Shown here in pieces: positions 49,687 to 59,655 of a stretch of 64,000 nt of DNA (positions are counted from its first letter, which is position 1; the number at the start of each line of letters is the position of its first letter). Made by a program: the position numbers and the translations under genes. The DNA is taken from positions 3,159 through 67,158 of the forward strand of contig CAMOGA010000005.1 of the NCBI GenBank assembly GCA_946613885.1, written 5' to 3'. Origin of the DNA: an uncultured Pseudomonadota bacterium (lineage in GTDB: Bacteria > Pseudomonadota > Alphaproteobacteria > Rs-D84). The notes under the pieces are model-generated. The model was not told where the DNA came from. It saw only the letters and a program-made list of their open reading frames with translations, and did no database searches.

Positions 49687-50925
49687 TCTGGTTGAAGCGT
49701 TTTCTATTAACTTCTGCAAGTCTTTAATCACGTCTTTATTATTGCCACCAAACAATCCAGTTTTTAATGAGGCAATCCTCATTTTTAGATTTTTGATAAA
49801 CGAATCCTTTTTTTCTAGTTGTTTTTCCATTTCGTTCATTTGCTCGATTAACTGTTTGTTTTTAGTGCGTTCTTCGCCTAATTGTTTCAACAATTCATCA
49901 TATGATGATTGTAATTGTTGGGATTTTGAGGTTGCTGACTGGGCCGCTGTTTCGGCATCGTTTGCACGTTTTTCAGCATTTTTTGCGCGTTTTTCGGCAT
50001 CTGCAACCTTGGATTCAGATTCCGCAACGCGTTCTTCCAAAGATTTTTCTGTTTTTGCAATATATTCTGTGTTAGTATCTAATACACGTTCAAAATCAAA
50101 TTCAGCCCGAACAGTATCCAGATATTCAATCGAAACAGGGTTTTGTATATTTCCTGTTGATTCGTTTAATGCGGTCCTTACCTGGTGTATTAAATGTTGA
50201 ACTTGCTGACATATTTTACGAATTACATCAATGTTTGGAAAATCTTTTTTTAATTCGGTATCTAATATTTTTTTTGATTCAGATATCAAATCGGGAACAA
50301 TTGCCTGATTTGTTTTGATGATACGTTCTGCCACTAACATTTTTGTATCAAATGTTGCGTGTTCATTGTTTGTTATGGCAATAGCAATTTGATTTATAAA
50401 CTCTTCTTCTGTTCTGTTATATGTTCTGGTAGTATTAAAGAACCAGTATAACCTGTCCAGAATCAAAAATTGGGTTTCTTTATTAAAAATATCCAGTTTG
50501 TTTAAAATTAATTTGTAATTTTTGAAATTGACAGCACTGTATTGTGTCATGCCTAAATATTTTATAAAATTAAAACAATCGCGTAAGTCCTGAGATTGTT
50601 TAGACGTTGGGTCTTTGTAATATACGTAAGTATATGTTGTTAAATATAACTCTGCTTTTTTTTGTTTGTTTCTTAGATCAGGATTCATTCTTGTAGATTC
50701 ATACTGATCTGTAAATTCTTTATCTGTTTTTGGAAATGAAAAACCGCCATCTGATTGTGTGTATTGATCGGGATTCATTAATACATTGAACCAAGACCAC
50801 CAATTATTGTATGATGTCAATAATGACGTCACAAATGTATCCCTGCGCAATATAACCTTATCTAATTTTTTTAATATCTCTTCAGCAGAGGTAATATCAT
50901 TTTGTTGTTCGGTTGTTTCTGGCAT
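49684..50925 (-). CDS. hypothetical protein with a C-terminal coiled coil
   Basis: 413-aa ORF. The C-terminal ~130 aa are heptad-rich (AEKRAKNAEKRANDAETAAQ...). No family recognised. Confidence 0.5.
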   Translation of the reverse strand: MPETTEQQNDITSAEEILKKLDKVILRRDTFVTSLLTSYNNWWSWFNVLMNPDQYTQSDGGFSFPKTDKEFTDQYESTRMNPDLRNKQKKAELYLTTYTYVYYKDPTSKQSQDLRDCFNFIKYLGMTQYSAVNFKNYKLILNKLDIFNKETQFLILDRLYWFFNTTRTYNRTEEEFINQIAIAITNNEHATFDTKMLVAERIIKTNQAIVPDLISESKKILDTELKKDFPNIDVIRKICQQVQHLIHQVRTALNESTGNIQNPVSIEYLDTVRAEFDFERVLDTNTEYIAKTEKSLEERVAESESKVADAEKRAKNAEKRANDAETAAQSATSKSQQLQSSYDELLKQLGEERTKNKQLIEQMNEMEKQLEKKDSFIKNLKMRIASLKTGLFGGNNKDVIKDLQKLIENASTR

Positions 50926-51048
50926 TATTTTTCTCCTTGGTTATTTCTTGGTTATTGTATCATATTTTTACCTGATTTCCAAACGATATTTATTTAATTT
51001 GATTTTTTGTTTGGGTGGTGTTATGCTGTTTTCCACAAAGGAATTTTT

Positions 51049-52083
51049 ATGTCAGCCAAAGCGAAACGTTTATTTAAGAAATTTGTCAGTTATGCGGGAT
51101 TGTTTTTCTTTGTGATTGCTGCGGGCATGTTGTATTGGCAATTGCGCAATTATTCTTTGATGGATATTGCGCGTGCATTGTGGAATATACCGTTTGTAAA
51201 TCTGGTTTTGGCATGTGTTGCGTGCCTGTTTGGATATATCGCATTATCTTTGTATGATTATTTGGCATTGGATTATGTCGGACGCAAGGTGTCTTGGTGG
51301 AAATGGATGCTGGCTGGAATGTTGGGGTTTGCAATCAGTAATAATGCCGGACATGCGGTTGTTAGTGGTGGCGCAATTCGTTATCGTTTGTACACACGTT
51401 GGCGTGTTCCTGGGTCAGATATTATAAAAATGCTGACTTTTTCGGGCTTTACGTTCTTTTTAGGGTATGCGGCAATTGCGGTTATCGGGTATTTTTTAGT
51501 GCCAAATGATATGTTTGCGCACTCGGTCAGTGCATCATTTGGGGTAAATGGGTTATTTATATTCTGTGCATCTGTGTTGTTGGCATATTATGCAATTGCG
51601 ATAATGTTTAATAATAAATCCATCCGTATTGGCGAGATTAAATTCCATATTCCTTCGTTTGGGATGTCATTGGTTCAGACATTTTTGGGAATAATGGATG
51701 CACTGTGCGCTGGGTTGGTTTTGTATTTTTGTATTAAACCATACATAGATATGCCTTTTGGGGTGTTTATCGGATTGTACGTGATTGCAAATGTTGCCGG
51801 CGTTTTTAGTCAGGTGCCCGGTGGTATTGGCGTTTTTGAATCTGTGTTTATGGTGGCTTTGCCTGAATCAGTGGACAAGGCCAGTATTTTTGGCGCATTG
51901 TTGGCATATCGTATTATCTATTATGTTTTGCCATTGATAGGCGTTGGCGGATTGTTCTTTATCTATGAACGTTGGTTGCGTGCACGTATGCGTCGTTGGA
52001 TTGAAGAAGCAAAACAAAAAATGCCGCATATTCAAATGCCCCAAATTCCACATAAAAAACACAAATTAAATCCAGAAAAATAA
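51049..52083 (+). CDS. polytopic membrane protein, flippase-like (lysyl-PG synthase TM region / UPF0104-like)
   Basis: About eight TM helices with a basic N-terminus, as in the MprF flippase/YbhN family. Assignment is by topology and general resemblance only. Confidence 0.45.
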   Translation: MSAKAKRLFKKFVSYAGLFFFVIAAGMLYWQLRNYSLMDIARALWNIPFVNLVLACVACLFGYIALSLYDYLALDYVGRKVSWWKWMLAGMLGFAISNNAGHAVVSGGAIRYRLYTRWRVPGSDIIKMLTFSGFTFFLGYAAIAVIGYFLVPNDMFAHSVSASFGVNGLFIFCASVLLAYYAIAIMFNNKSIRIGEIKFHIPSFGMSLVQTFLGIMDALCAGLVLYFCIKPYIDMPFGVFIGLYVIANVAGVFSQVPGGIGVFESVFMVALPESVDKASIFGALLAYRIIYYVLPLIGVGGLFFIYERWLRARMRRWIEEAKQKMPHIQMPQIPHKKHKLNPEK

Positions 52084-52290
52084 AAACACCTTGCCTTTGA
52101 AGATAACGTCTGTTATCCTGTAATGCGTTGTATAAAAACAGGGTAAAGCAAGTGTTTGTGTTATCGCTTTTTACTTTAATCCGAGTCGCGCTGTTTATCA
52201 TCGTTGCGTGCATCCTTGGCATGGGCGGGATTGCCCCATGGGAACGGATTATGTCTGGATTTTATACCATTAACACAAAAGGATTATTAA

Positions 52291-54093
52291 ATGTCAAAAA
52301 AAATATATGTGGATGGTGTTCATCCCGAAGAAACACGGGTGGTGGTGGTAGATTCCACAACGAATCGTGTGTCTGATTTTGACGTGGAAACAACAACTAA
52401 ACCCCAGATAAAAGGTAATATTTATCTGGCTAAGGTTATTCGTGTTGAACCATCACTTCAGGCGGCATTTGTTGATTATGGAACCGGTAAAAATGGTTTT
52501 TTGCCATTTTCTGAAATTCATCCGGATTATTATCAAATTACCCCAGAACAAAAGAAAAAATTACTGGAATTGGCTCATGCAAATATCGTTGATGACGATG
52601 ATGACCCAGATGATGAAATGGATGAAGTTGCCGATTATGACGATCATAGTGCAGGCGAAGATAATGTCGAATTTGTAAAACGTGCACACGAATTTAAAAT
52701 TCAAGACGTTATCGTTCCAAAGCAAATTTTATTAATTCAGGGCGTCAAAGAAGAACGTGGACAAAAGGGCGCATCAATGACAACGTATTTGTCATTGGCG
52801 GGTCGTTTTGCTGTGTTGATGCCTAATTCCCGCAAGCGCAACAGTTATGGTATTTCCAAAAAAATATCAGACCGCGCTGAACGTGCGCGTTTGCGTGAAA
52901 TTTTGCACGGGTTAAAGATACCTAAGGGTATGACGGTTGTGTTGCGTACGGCTGCCATGGGGGCATCTGCGGAAGATATTGCCAAAGATTATGAATATTT
53001 GACTGGTTTGTGGAACGATATTCGTAAAACAACACTGGAATCGGTTGCACCGGTTATTATTCATGCCGAAGATTCTTTGTTGCGTCGTGTCGTTCGCGAT
53101 TTTATTTCTGACAAAGACGATGTTATGTACGTTCAGGGCAGCGAAGCATTTGATGAAGCAAAAACTTATTTTCAACAAATGTACGGACGTGCGCCACGTA
53201 AACAATTGATACAATACAAAGATGCCGCAGTTCCATTGATGACCAAGGCCGGTGTTGAAAAACAATTAGAAGGTCTGCACGGTCCATATGTTGTTTTGCC
53301 GTCTGGTGGTTCAATCGTTATCAATCAAACCGAAGCAATGGTGACAATTGACGTTAATTCGTCACGTGCAATCAAAGAAAAAGACATTGAACAAACCGCA
53401 TTAAATACTAATTTAGAGGCCGCAGAAGAAATTGCTTTGCAATTGCGTTTGCGTGATTTGGCGGGAATTGTTGCAATTGATTTTATCGATATGGAAGAAG
53501 AGAAAAACAATCGTAAATTGGAACAAAAAATGCGCGAAGTGATGAAACATGATCGTGCCAGAACTCAGGTTGCAAAAATCAATGCGTTCGGTGTTATGAT
53601 GTTATCACGTCAAAGATTGCGCAGTACGTTCTTGGAATCTTCGTATGTCGTGTGTCCGCATTGTATGGGGGCGGGTATTGTCCCATCAATCCAGACGGCA
53701 TCCATTATACTGTTCCGTCATTTACAAGAAAAATTATTGGCCAAGGCAGCACAGAAAATCATTATGACAGTGCCCAGCGATGTTGCGATTTATCTGTTAA
53801 ATCAAAAACGCGCTGAATTGGCGGCGATGGAGAAAGAATTTAACACAGAAATTGTCATTGTTGGTGATGATTCTTTGATGAATATCGACCAATATTCAAT
53901 TCAACGTGTTGCGGCAGAAATGGTGAAAACAGACGATGTATTAAAGGCACACGAACCGTCAACTGATGCAAAAAAGAAAAATGCACAGCATGTTGATGCC
54001 AAACGTGTCACGACATCTGCACCACGTCATCGCAAACCAATCAAAAAACAACAACAAAAGAAAAAATCTTTGTGGAAAAAATTGGTTGGATAA
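52291..54093 (+). CDS. rne: ribonuclease E/G family endoribonuclease (RNase E-like, short)
   Basis: N-terminal S1 domain (GNIYLAKVIRVEPSLQAAFVDYG..KNGFLP) interrupted by an acidic insert. Also contains DNase I-like and Zn-link (CPHC.G.G) regions and a basic C-terminal tail. Confidence 0.85.
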   Translation: MSKKIYVDGVHPEETRVVVVDSTTNRVSDFDVETTTKPQIKGNIYLAKVIRVEPSLQAAFVDYGTGKNGFLPFSEIHPDYYQITPEQKKKLLELAHANIVDDDDDPDDEMDEVADYDDHSAGEDNVEFVKRAHEFKIQDVIVPKQILLIQGVKEERGQKGASMTTYLSLAGRFAVLMPNSRKRNSYGISKKISDRAERARLREILHGLKIPKGMTVVLRTAAMGASAEDIAKDYEYLTGLWNDIRKTTLESVAPVIIHAEDSLLRRVVRDFISDKDDVMYVQGSEAFDEAKTYFQQMYGRAPRKQLIQYKDAAVPLMTKAGVEKQLEGLHGPYVVLPSGGSIVINQTEAMVTIDVNSSRAIKEKDIEQTALNTNLEAAEEIALQLRLRDLAGIVAIDFIDMEEEKNNRKLEQKMREVMKHDRARTQVAKINAFGVMMLSRQRLRSTFLESSYVVCPHCMGAGIVPSIQTASIILFRHLQEKLLAKAAQKIIMTVPSDVAIYLLNQKRAELAAMEKEFNTEIVIVGDDSLMNIDQYSIQRVAAEMVKTDDVLKAHEPSTDAKKKNAQHVDAKRVTTSAPRHRKPIKKQQQKKKSLWKKLVG

Positions 54094-54097
54094 AATA

Positions 54098-54124
54098 CAA
54101 ACCGCCCAAATGGGCGGTTTTTTA
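54098..54124. terminator. bidirectional intrinsic terminator
   Basis: aaACCGCCCAaaTGGGCGGTtttttt. Confidence 0.7.
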
Positions 54125-55267
54125 TGCATTATTGCCGGCAACAAAGCCACTGCTGAACGCCCATTGGATGTTATAGCCACCTAAATCACCGGTTATATCC
54201 ATAACTTCGCCTACAAAAAATAATCCAGAACAAGTTTGTGATTCCATTGTTTTGGATGATATTTTATCAACTGATACGCCGCCAAATGTGATTTCGGCAC
54301 TTTGAAAGCCGATTGCTGTGCCGTCTGAGATTTCAAATTGATTGATTTTGTTGGCAATTTGTTTTAATTCAATATCACGCAGGTCAGCGATATTACGTGT
54401 GTCATTACATAAAAAACGTGCCAATTTATTGGGTAAAATTTCTGCAATTACATTTGAAACTGACTTTTTCCCATTTGTTTGCTTATATGTTTTCAATATT
54501 TCGAATATATTATTACCTGGTGCAAAATTTATTATCATGTGTTTGGAATTTATCAGCGTGGCGCGATAAGTCGCCGGCCCACCAATTCCGAAGTGTGTGA
54601 ATAACAGGTTATCAACGATTTTGTGTTTTTCAACCTGTATTTCTACGGGGACAGAAACGCCAGCCAACGCATTGTCAAACATTGCGGTTTTTATTGCGCA
54701 TAATGCAGGGCGGGGCGGTTCTATTTTATGTCCGAATTTTTTAGCAATTACATGTCCAATATTTGATACCTGTAAATTCGGGTACGAAATGCCACCTGTT
54801 GCAACAATAACAGATGTTGTATAAAAATCACCAGCATTTGTTTTTATTATGAATTTATCACCCGATTTTTCGATATCAATAACATTTGTGTTTAATTTAA
54901 TTTCAGTGTTTTTTATGTCGTATATCAATGCGTTTAAGATATCTGAGGCATCGTTTTTACAAAAATATCGTCCTGGTTCACGTTCAACATATTTTATGTT
55001 ATGCGATTTTACCCAATTTAGTGTATCGTATGGGGAAAATTGTGCCAGTGCTGATTTTACAAATTGTGGGTTTTTGCCGTAATAATGCGCGCTGTCTGCG
55101 TGTGTGTTTGTGAAATTACAGTGTCCACCACCAGAAATGGTGATTTTACGTGCGGGTGCGTTTCCCATATCCAATATCAATACGGATTTTTTGCGTTTCT
55201 GTAATTGAACTGCCGCCATTAAACCAGCCGCACCACAACCAATGATAATTACATCATATTTTTTCAT
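54122..55267 (-). CDS. HI0933/YhiN-family FAD-dependent oxidoreductase
   Basis: DVIIIGCGAAGLMAA dinucleotide fold, GGGHCNFTN, and the C-terminal GEV.D..G..GGYN.Q.A.SSG. Confidence 0.8.
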   Translation of the reverse strand: MKKYDVIIIGCGAAGLMAAVQLQKRKKSVLILDMGNAPARKITISGGGHCNFTNTHADSAHYYGKNPQFVKSALAQFSPYDTLNWVKSHNIKYVEREPGRYFCKNDASDILNALIYDIKNTEIKLNTNVIDIEKSGDKFIIKTNAGDFYTTSVIVATGGISYPNLQVSNIGHVIAKKFGHKIEPPRPALCAIKTAMFDNALAGVSVPVEIQVEKHKIVDNLLFTHFGIGGPATYRATLINSKHMIINFAPGNNIFEILKTYKQTNGKKSVSNVIAEILPNKLARFLCNDTRNIADLRDIELKQIANKINQFEISDGTAIGFQSAEITFGGVSVDKISSKTMESQTCSGLFFVGEVMDITGDLGGYNIQWAFSSGFVAGNNA

Positions 55268-55348
55268 AATGTTAATTTTACCGCAATGATAAAAAATATC
55301 AATAATTTTACATTTTTGTGGTATAATTGTAGCAAATTAGGGGGAAAT

Positions 55349-55825
55349 ATGAATAAATATATAAAAGAAGCAATAAATTTATCAAAAAGATTCTTGAAAA
55401 ATCGCAAATATGGCCCTTTTGGTGCATGCGTGGTCAAAAATGGCAAAATCATAGGACGTGGTTCTAACAGTGTTGTAAAAAATAATGATCCGACGGCGCA
55501 TGCAGAAATAGTGGCGATACGTAATGCGTGTAAAAAAATAAAATCGTATGATTTAAGTGAGTGCGAATTATATACTTCTTGTTATCCTTGTCCGATGTGT
55601 ATGTCTGCGATTATATGGGCAAATATAAAAATGGTGTATTATGGCAATACAAAAAAAGATGCTGCAAACATAGGTTTTAAGGATGATTTTATATATGAAT
55701 ATATTGAAAAATTAGCATCAGGAAAATCAAATTCAAAAGTGTTAAAATTAAAATCTTTGAATCGCACAGAGGCAATAAGGGTTTTTAAAACATTTGCTAA
55801 ACAAAAAAACAAGATAATATATTAA
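55349..55825 (+). CDS. CMP/dCMP-type zinc deaminase (guanine or nucleoside deaminase-like)
   Basis: HAE...(A)IR and PCPMC zinc motifs. Start set at MNKYIKEA after a GGGGGA RBS. Confidence 0.8.
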   Translation: MNKYIKEAINLSKRFLKNRKYGPFGACVVKNGKIIGRGSNSVVKNNDPTAHAEIVAIRNACKKIKSYDLSECELYTSCYPCPMCMSAIIWANIKMVYYGNTKKDAANIGFKDDFIYEYIEKLASGKSNSKVLKLKSLNRTEAIRVFKTFAKQKNKIIY

Positions 55826-55869
55826 TTTAAATAAATAAAAAACCGCCACAAAGACGGTCTTTTAATCTG

Positions 55870-55946
55870 TGGTGGGCTAAGTAGGACTCGAACCCACGAC
55901 CAAAGCGTTATGAGCGCTCCGCTCTAACCAACTGAGCTATTAGCCC
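55870..55946 (-). tRNA. tRNA with CAU anticodon (elongator Met, or Ile2 if lysidine-modified), CCA encoded
   Basis: Manual cloverleaf on the minus strand: acceptor GGGCTAA/TTAGCCC, anticodon loop CUCAUAA, T-loop TTCGAGT. It lacks initiator features (no C1:A72, no GGG/CCC anticodon stem). Confidence 0.85.
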
Positions 55947-56039
55947 ACAGCGAAATCTATTATATATTTTTTATTTAATCTTGCAAGATAAAAATTAACA
56001 TATCTTGATTTTTATATCAAATTATGCGAATATGCCGAT

Positions 56040-57311
56040 ATGCCCGATATTGTGCCAATATTAAATAAAAACCAAATGGACGCGTTTAATACAATTGAAC
56101 GCACTTATTCTAATATATTAATTCTGGGGCAGGCAGGAACTGGAAAATCTACGTTCGTTCAATATCTAAAATCTGCATCGTCTAAACGTATCGTGTGCGC
56201 ATGCCCAACGGCGGTGTCTGCGCTGAATATCGGGGGACAGACAATTCATTCGTTGTTTCAAATTCAGCCACGCGATTTTATTATGCCGGAATTATTAAAA
56301 TTAAAGGCAAAACCCAGAAATATTTTAAATGCTGTGGATGTTTTGGTTATTGATGAAATATCAATGGTGGCACCAGATTTATTGGATGCAATTGATATTT
56401 TGGCACGCAGCGCACGACACAATAATAAACCATTTGGTGGAATACAGGTTGTTGCGATTGGCGATATGTTTCAATTGCCACCTGTTATAACACGCGATGC
56501 AGAACAATATTATGAACAAAGTTATGGTTATAAAAACGCATATTTTTTTGATTCAAATGTTTACAAACGTGGTGATTTTATAAAATATGATTTTAATACC
56601 GTATATCGACAGAGCGATAATGATTTGCTGACCAATTTAATGCGCCTGCGTGGTAATGATTGTGGGGCGTTGGATTTCTTTAATGAGTGCAAGATAGACG
56701 ATGAAGATGTACGTAAAAATGCGGTTATAATTACACCTTTTCGGGCGGTTGCAGAACGTATAAATGCAGAAAAATTAAATCAAATTAACGCGCCAGAAAT
56801 TGTGTATAATGGCGAATTGTCTGGAAATTTTAATGCAAATGATGTGCCGGCACCGTTGGATTTGAAATTAAAACAGGGAGCATTGGTTATGTTTGTAAAA
56901 AATGGTGATAAATGGCATAATGGTTCTATCGGTATTGTGGAACGTCTGGGCGGTAAAGAAATTATTGTTCAATTGTTGGATGACAATAAAAACGATATTG
57001 TTGTGGTAAAACCTGAAAAATGGCAAAAGATTGAATATGGTCGTGATGAAAACGACAGGATTACTGAAAATGAAGTTGGTGCATATAAACAATTTCCGTT
57101 AATGTTGGGTTATGCCATGACCATACATAAATCCCAGGGTAAAACTTTGTCTAAGGTTATAATTGATATTTCACGTGGTGCGTTTGCGCATGGTCAAACG
57201 TATGTCGCATTATCAAGAACCAGACATGCAAATGATATGCACATTGTTAAACCATTAACATCACGTGATGTGATTTTTGATAAAAGAATTTTAGATTTTG
57301 TTAATGAATAA
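56040..57311 (+). CDS. Pif1/RecD-family SF1B DNA helicase
   Basis: GQAGTGKST, VLVIDEISMV, GDMFQLPPV, TIHKSQGKT and YVALSRTR. Confidence 0.8.
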   Translation: MPDIVPILNKNQMDAFNTIERTYSNILILGQAGTGKSTFVQYLKSASSKRIVCACPTAVSALNIGGQTIHSLFQIQPRDFIMPELLKLKAKPRNILNAVDVLVIDEISMVAPDLLDAIDILARSARHNNKPFGGIQVVAIGDMFQLPPVITRDAEQYYEQSYGYKNAYFFDSNVYKRGDFIKYDFNTVYRQSDNDLLTNLMRLRGNDCGALDFFNECKIDDEDVRKNAVIITPFRAVAERINAEKLNQINAPEIVYNGELSGNFNANDVPAPLDLKLKQGALVMFVKNGDKWHNGSIGIVERLGGKEIIVQLLDDNKNDIVVVKPEKWQKIEYGRDENDRITENEVGAYKQFPLMLGYAMTIHKSQGKTLSKVIIDISRGAFAHGQTYVALSRTRHANDMHIVKPLTSRDVIFDKRILDFVNE

Positions 57312-57331
57312 TAATTAATAAAGGATAAAAA

Positions 57332-57898
57332 ATGAATATTGTTTGTTGTCGTGGGGTTATGGGACCAGAAGAAAGTTGGGAAAATAGAACATACAATGCT
57401 ACCAAAGGCTGGAAAGATTGGTTGCAATTTATGGTAAAAAAAGAACATGATGTTTTAATGCAATTGCCTGAATTTCCGCATGACCATGCTTTGTTAATGA
57501 AATATGACGAATGGGCTAGAATAATGGATTTCCAAGATATAAATAATGACACAGTGTTAATTGGGCATTCTGCAGGTGGTGGGTTTGTGTTAAAATATAT
57601 GTCAATGCACCCCAGATTAAAGGTTGGGCAAATTATATTGGTTGCACCATGGATAGATACAGAAGATTTTCAACCGTTTGGTTTTTACAAAGGGTTAGTA
57701 TTAGATGATAAAATAATATCACAAACACGAAATGGAATTGATTTGTTAATGTCTGATGATGACATGCCACATATACAAACAAGTTTTACAAAAATAATAA
57801 AAAATATGCCGGACATACGTATTTATAAATTTCAAAACCGTGGGCATTTTATAACACCAGAATTACCAGAACTGATGTCGATTATAAAATTTGAATAA
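57332..57898 (+). CDS. alpha/beta serine hydrolase, YdeN/RBBP9-like
   Basis: About 190 aa with the nucleophile elbow GHSAGG and a late D...H arrangement. Confidence 0.55.
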   Translation: MNIVCCRGVMGPEESWENRTYNATKGWKDWLQFMVKKEHDVLMQLPEFPHDHALLMKYDEWARIMDFQDINNDTVLIGHSAGGGFVLKYMSMHPRLKVGQIILVAPWIDTEDFQPFGFYKGLVLDDKIISQTRNGIDLLMSDDDMPHIQTSFTKIIKNMPDIRIYKFQNRGHFITPELPELMSIIKFE

Positions 57899-57905
57899 TT
57901 GATAA

Positions 57906-58292
57906 TTAAATATCTTTTTCCATCAAAATTGCATCCACGCCATCATAGTATTTTGGGCGCAAACCAATCGTTTTGAACCCACAATTTTCATATAGTTTTT
58001 GGGCGGGGGTATTGGTTGAAGATACTTCTAAAAATATTTTTTTAACACCTTGATTTTTAAGTGTTTTTTCAATAATGCCAATCATGGCGGATGCGATGCC
58101 ATTACGACGCATTTCTGGGTTAACGCCGATGGTAATTATTTCTGCTTCGTCAACTGCGATTCTGTAAACAATGAACCCATTTTCAGACATAATGATTTCA
58201 CAACCTGATTTTTTTAAATCACGAAAATCATCTGCCGACCAGGGTTTGTTTGGAAAACATTTTTGATGAAGATTTGATAATTTTTCAAACAT
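57906..58292 (-). CDS. rimI: GNAT acetyltransferase, RimI-like
   Basis: RRNGIASAMI (acetyl-CoA-binding R/Q.x.G.A), size, and linkage to tsaB. Confidence 0.7.
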   Translation of the reverse strand: MFEKLSNLHQKCFPNKPWSADDFRDLKKSGCEIIMSENGFIVYRIAVDEAEIITIGVNPEMRRNGIASAMIGIIEKTLKNQGVKKIFLEVSSTNTPAQKLYENCGFKTIGLRPKYYDGVDAILMEKDI

Positions 58293-58295
58293 ATT

Positions 58296-58670
58296 TTAAC
58301 GGTTGTTTGTTTTGTATAATTTATCCATGTATTCGTACGCACTTTTTGCCAATTGAGTGTTTAATTCTTCATGTGATATTTTCGAATTTTTTTCTATAAC
58401 CAAAGAACAATATTTATATTCTTTTGATATAACAGGTTCTTGCTGATCACGAATTTCACATTTTATTTTATTTTGCCCATTTGTATCAAAGACAGAATAA
58501 ATGTATGCAGACACCCCAAGACAAGACGGCGATAATCTGTATTCACAATATTTTATATTATTTTTATTTTTGTTAATAAAATTCCGAACTGTGATGTCGT
58601 AAATAAATTGTTCTGGATTACGTATTATGTGTTTGACGAATTTTTTTGTCTGTTTTTTATTTAATATCAT
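58296..58670 (-). CDS. hypothetical protein between tsaB and rimI
   Basis: ORF with start set at MILNKKQ. Lys/Asn-rich, no motif recognised. Confidence 0.35.
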   Translation of the reverse strand: MILNKKQTKKFVKHIIRNPEQFIYDITVRNFINKNKNNIKYCEYRLSPSCLGVSAYIYSVFDTNGQNKIKCEIRDQQEPVISKEYKYCSLVIEKNSKISHEELNTQLAKSAYEYMDKLYKTNNR

Positions 58671-58686
58671 GGTTGTGTCCTTGCGT

Positions 58687-59217
58687 TTATTTTTCAGCAT
58701 AACTGGGACGTAAATACATTGGTATAACAGGTTCAAAATCTTTGTTTGCGATTTTGCTTTCTACGATATTTTTGGCAAACATTAAATTGTAAGGTTTATG
58801 GCCGACCGTCATTGGACATTTCATTTGCTCGGTTTCCAATGTATCTATATCCATTGTGCATGGTTTGTGAATCTTAGAAGCCACAAAAAAATCACCACGT
58901 CCAGAATCAATTGCAACAAAGGCATCTGGATTTTCGTATAAATACAATTCAAAAACATTTACGGGTATAACCGGTATATTCAATCCGATTCCCAATCCTT
59001 TGGCATATGCAATTCCCATGCGTATTCCGGTAAAAGACCCAGGACCGACAATAACACCAATTGCCGATAAATCAGACATTTGAACATTGTTTTTTGCCAT
59101 GAAATCCATTACTGCGGTTGGCAGGGCAATTGCCTGTTTTTCCGCATCAATATGTATGAATTTGTCATTTAAAACTAATTCAATACCTGTGCCAGAAGTG
59201 TTTATAATCAAAATCAT
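58687..59217 (-). CDS. tsaB: tRNA t6A37 biosynthesis protein TsaB (short form)
   Basis: I.TS.......L......, GVIVGPGSFTGIRMGIAYAKGL. Confidence 0.8.
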   Translation of the reverse strand: MILIINTSGTGIELVLNDKFIHIDAEKQAIALPTAVMDFMAKNNVQMSDLSAIGVIVGPGSFTGIRMGIAYAKGLGIGLNIPVIPVNVFELYLYENPDAFVAIDSGRGDFFVASKIHKPCTMDIDTLETEQMKCPMTVGHKPYNLMFAKNIVESKIANKDFEPVIPMYLRPSYAEK

Positions 59218-59222
59218 ATTTT

Positions 59223-59636
59223 TTATCTCTGTCTTGTTATTCGATTATGCTTTTTATACATTCTGCGCATTGTGGTATAGATTATTCGTGCAGGTAATCC
59301 AGTATAAGTATGTTGACCTGTGTATTCTGATGATAAGAATCCACTGTTATATAGTTCTGCCGTCCAGTTTGAGTGTATTGTTGCGCGATTGCCAGCTGTG
59401 CCAATTAAAATGGTCCACAAATTCACAGGAACGTATTTCTCGGCAGAGAAATGCTTATCTTTTTTCCATGTACGCAATGTTGTACTGATTTTAGTAAAAC
59501 CGTAAGAATCTAAAAACGAGCTCCATTGTGGTTCTATAATTTCATTTTTGCATAATTGTTTTATTTCTCTGCTAATCTGTAATGCCCGTAAAACGGTGGT
59601 GATTTTTACAAGCATTTTTACGTTCTTTTTATTCAT
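59223..59636 (-). CDS. hypothetical basic protein immediately downstream of the truncated lon
   Basis: 137-aa ORF with an RBS 19 nt after the lon stop. No motif recognised. Confidence 0.4.
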   Translation of the reverse strand: MNKKNVKMLVKITTVLRALQISREIKQLCKNEIIEPQWSSFLDSYGFTKISTTLRTWKKDKHFSAEKYVPVNLWTILIGTAGNRATIHSNWTAELYNSGFLSSEYTGQHTYTGLPARIIYTTMRRMYKKHNRITRQR

Positions 59637-59655
59637 TTTTTATGTTCCTTTTATT

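Noticed and set aside
52128-52376. 82-aa ORF spanning the rne leader and start
   Set aside because: It overlaps the well-supported rne start in another frame and has no RBS or homology.
55838-55862. Terminator after the deaminase gene (aaaaaACCGccacaaagaCGGTctttt)
   Set aside because: The stem is only ~4-5 bp with a long loop, which is too weak to call.
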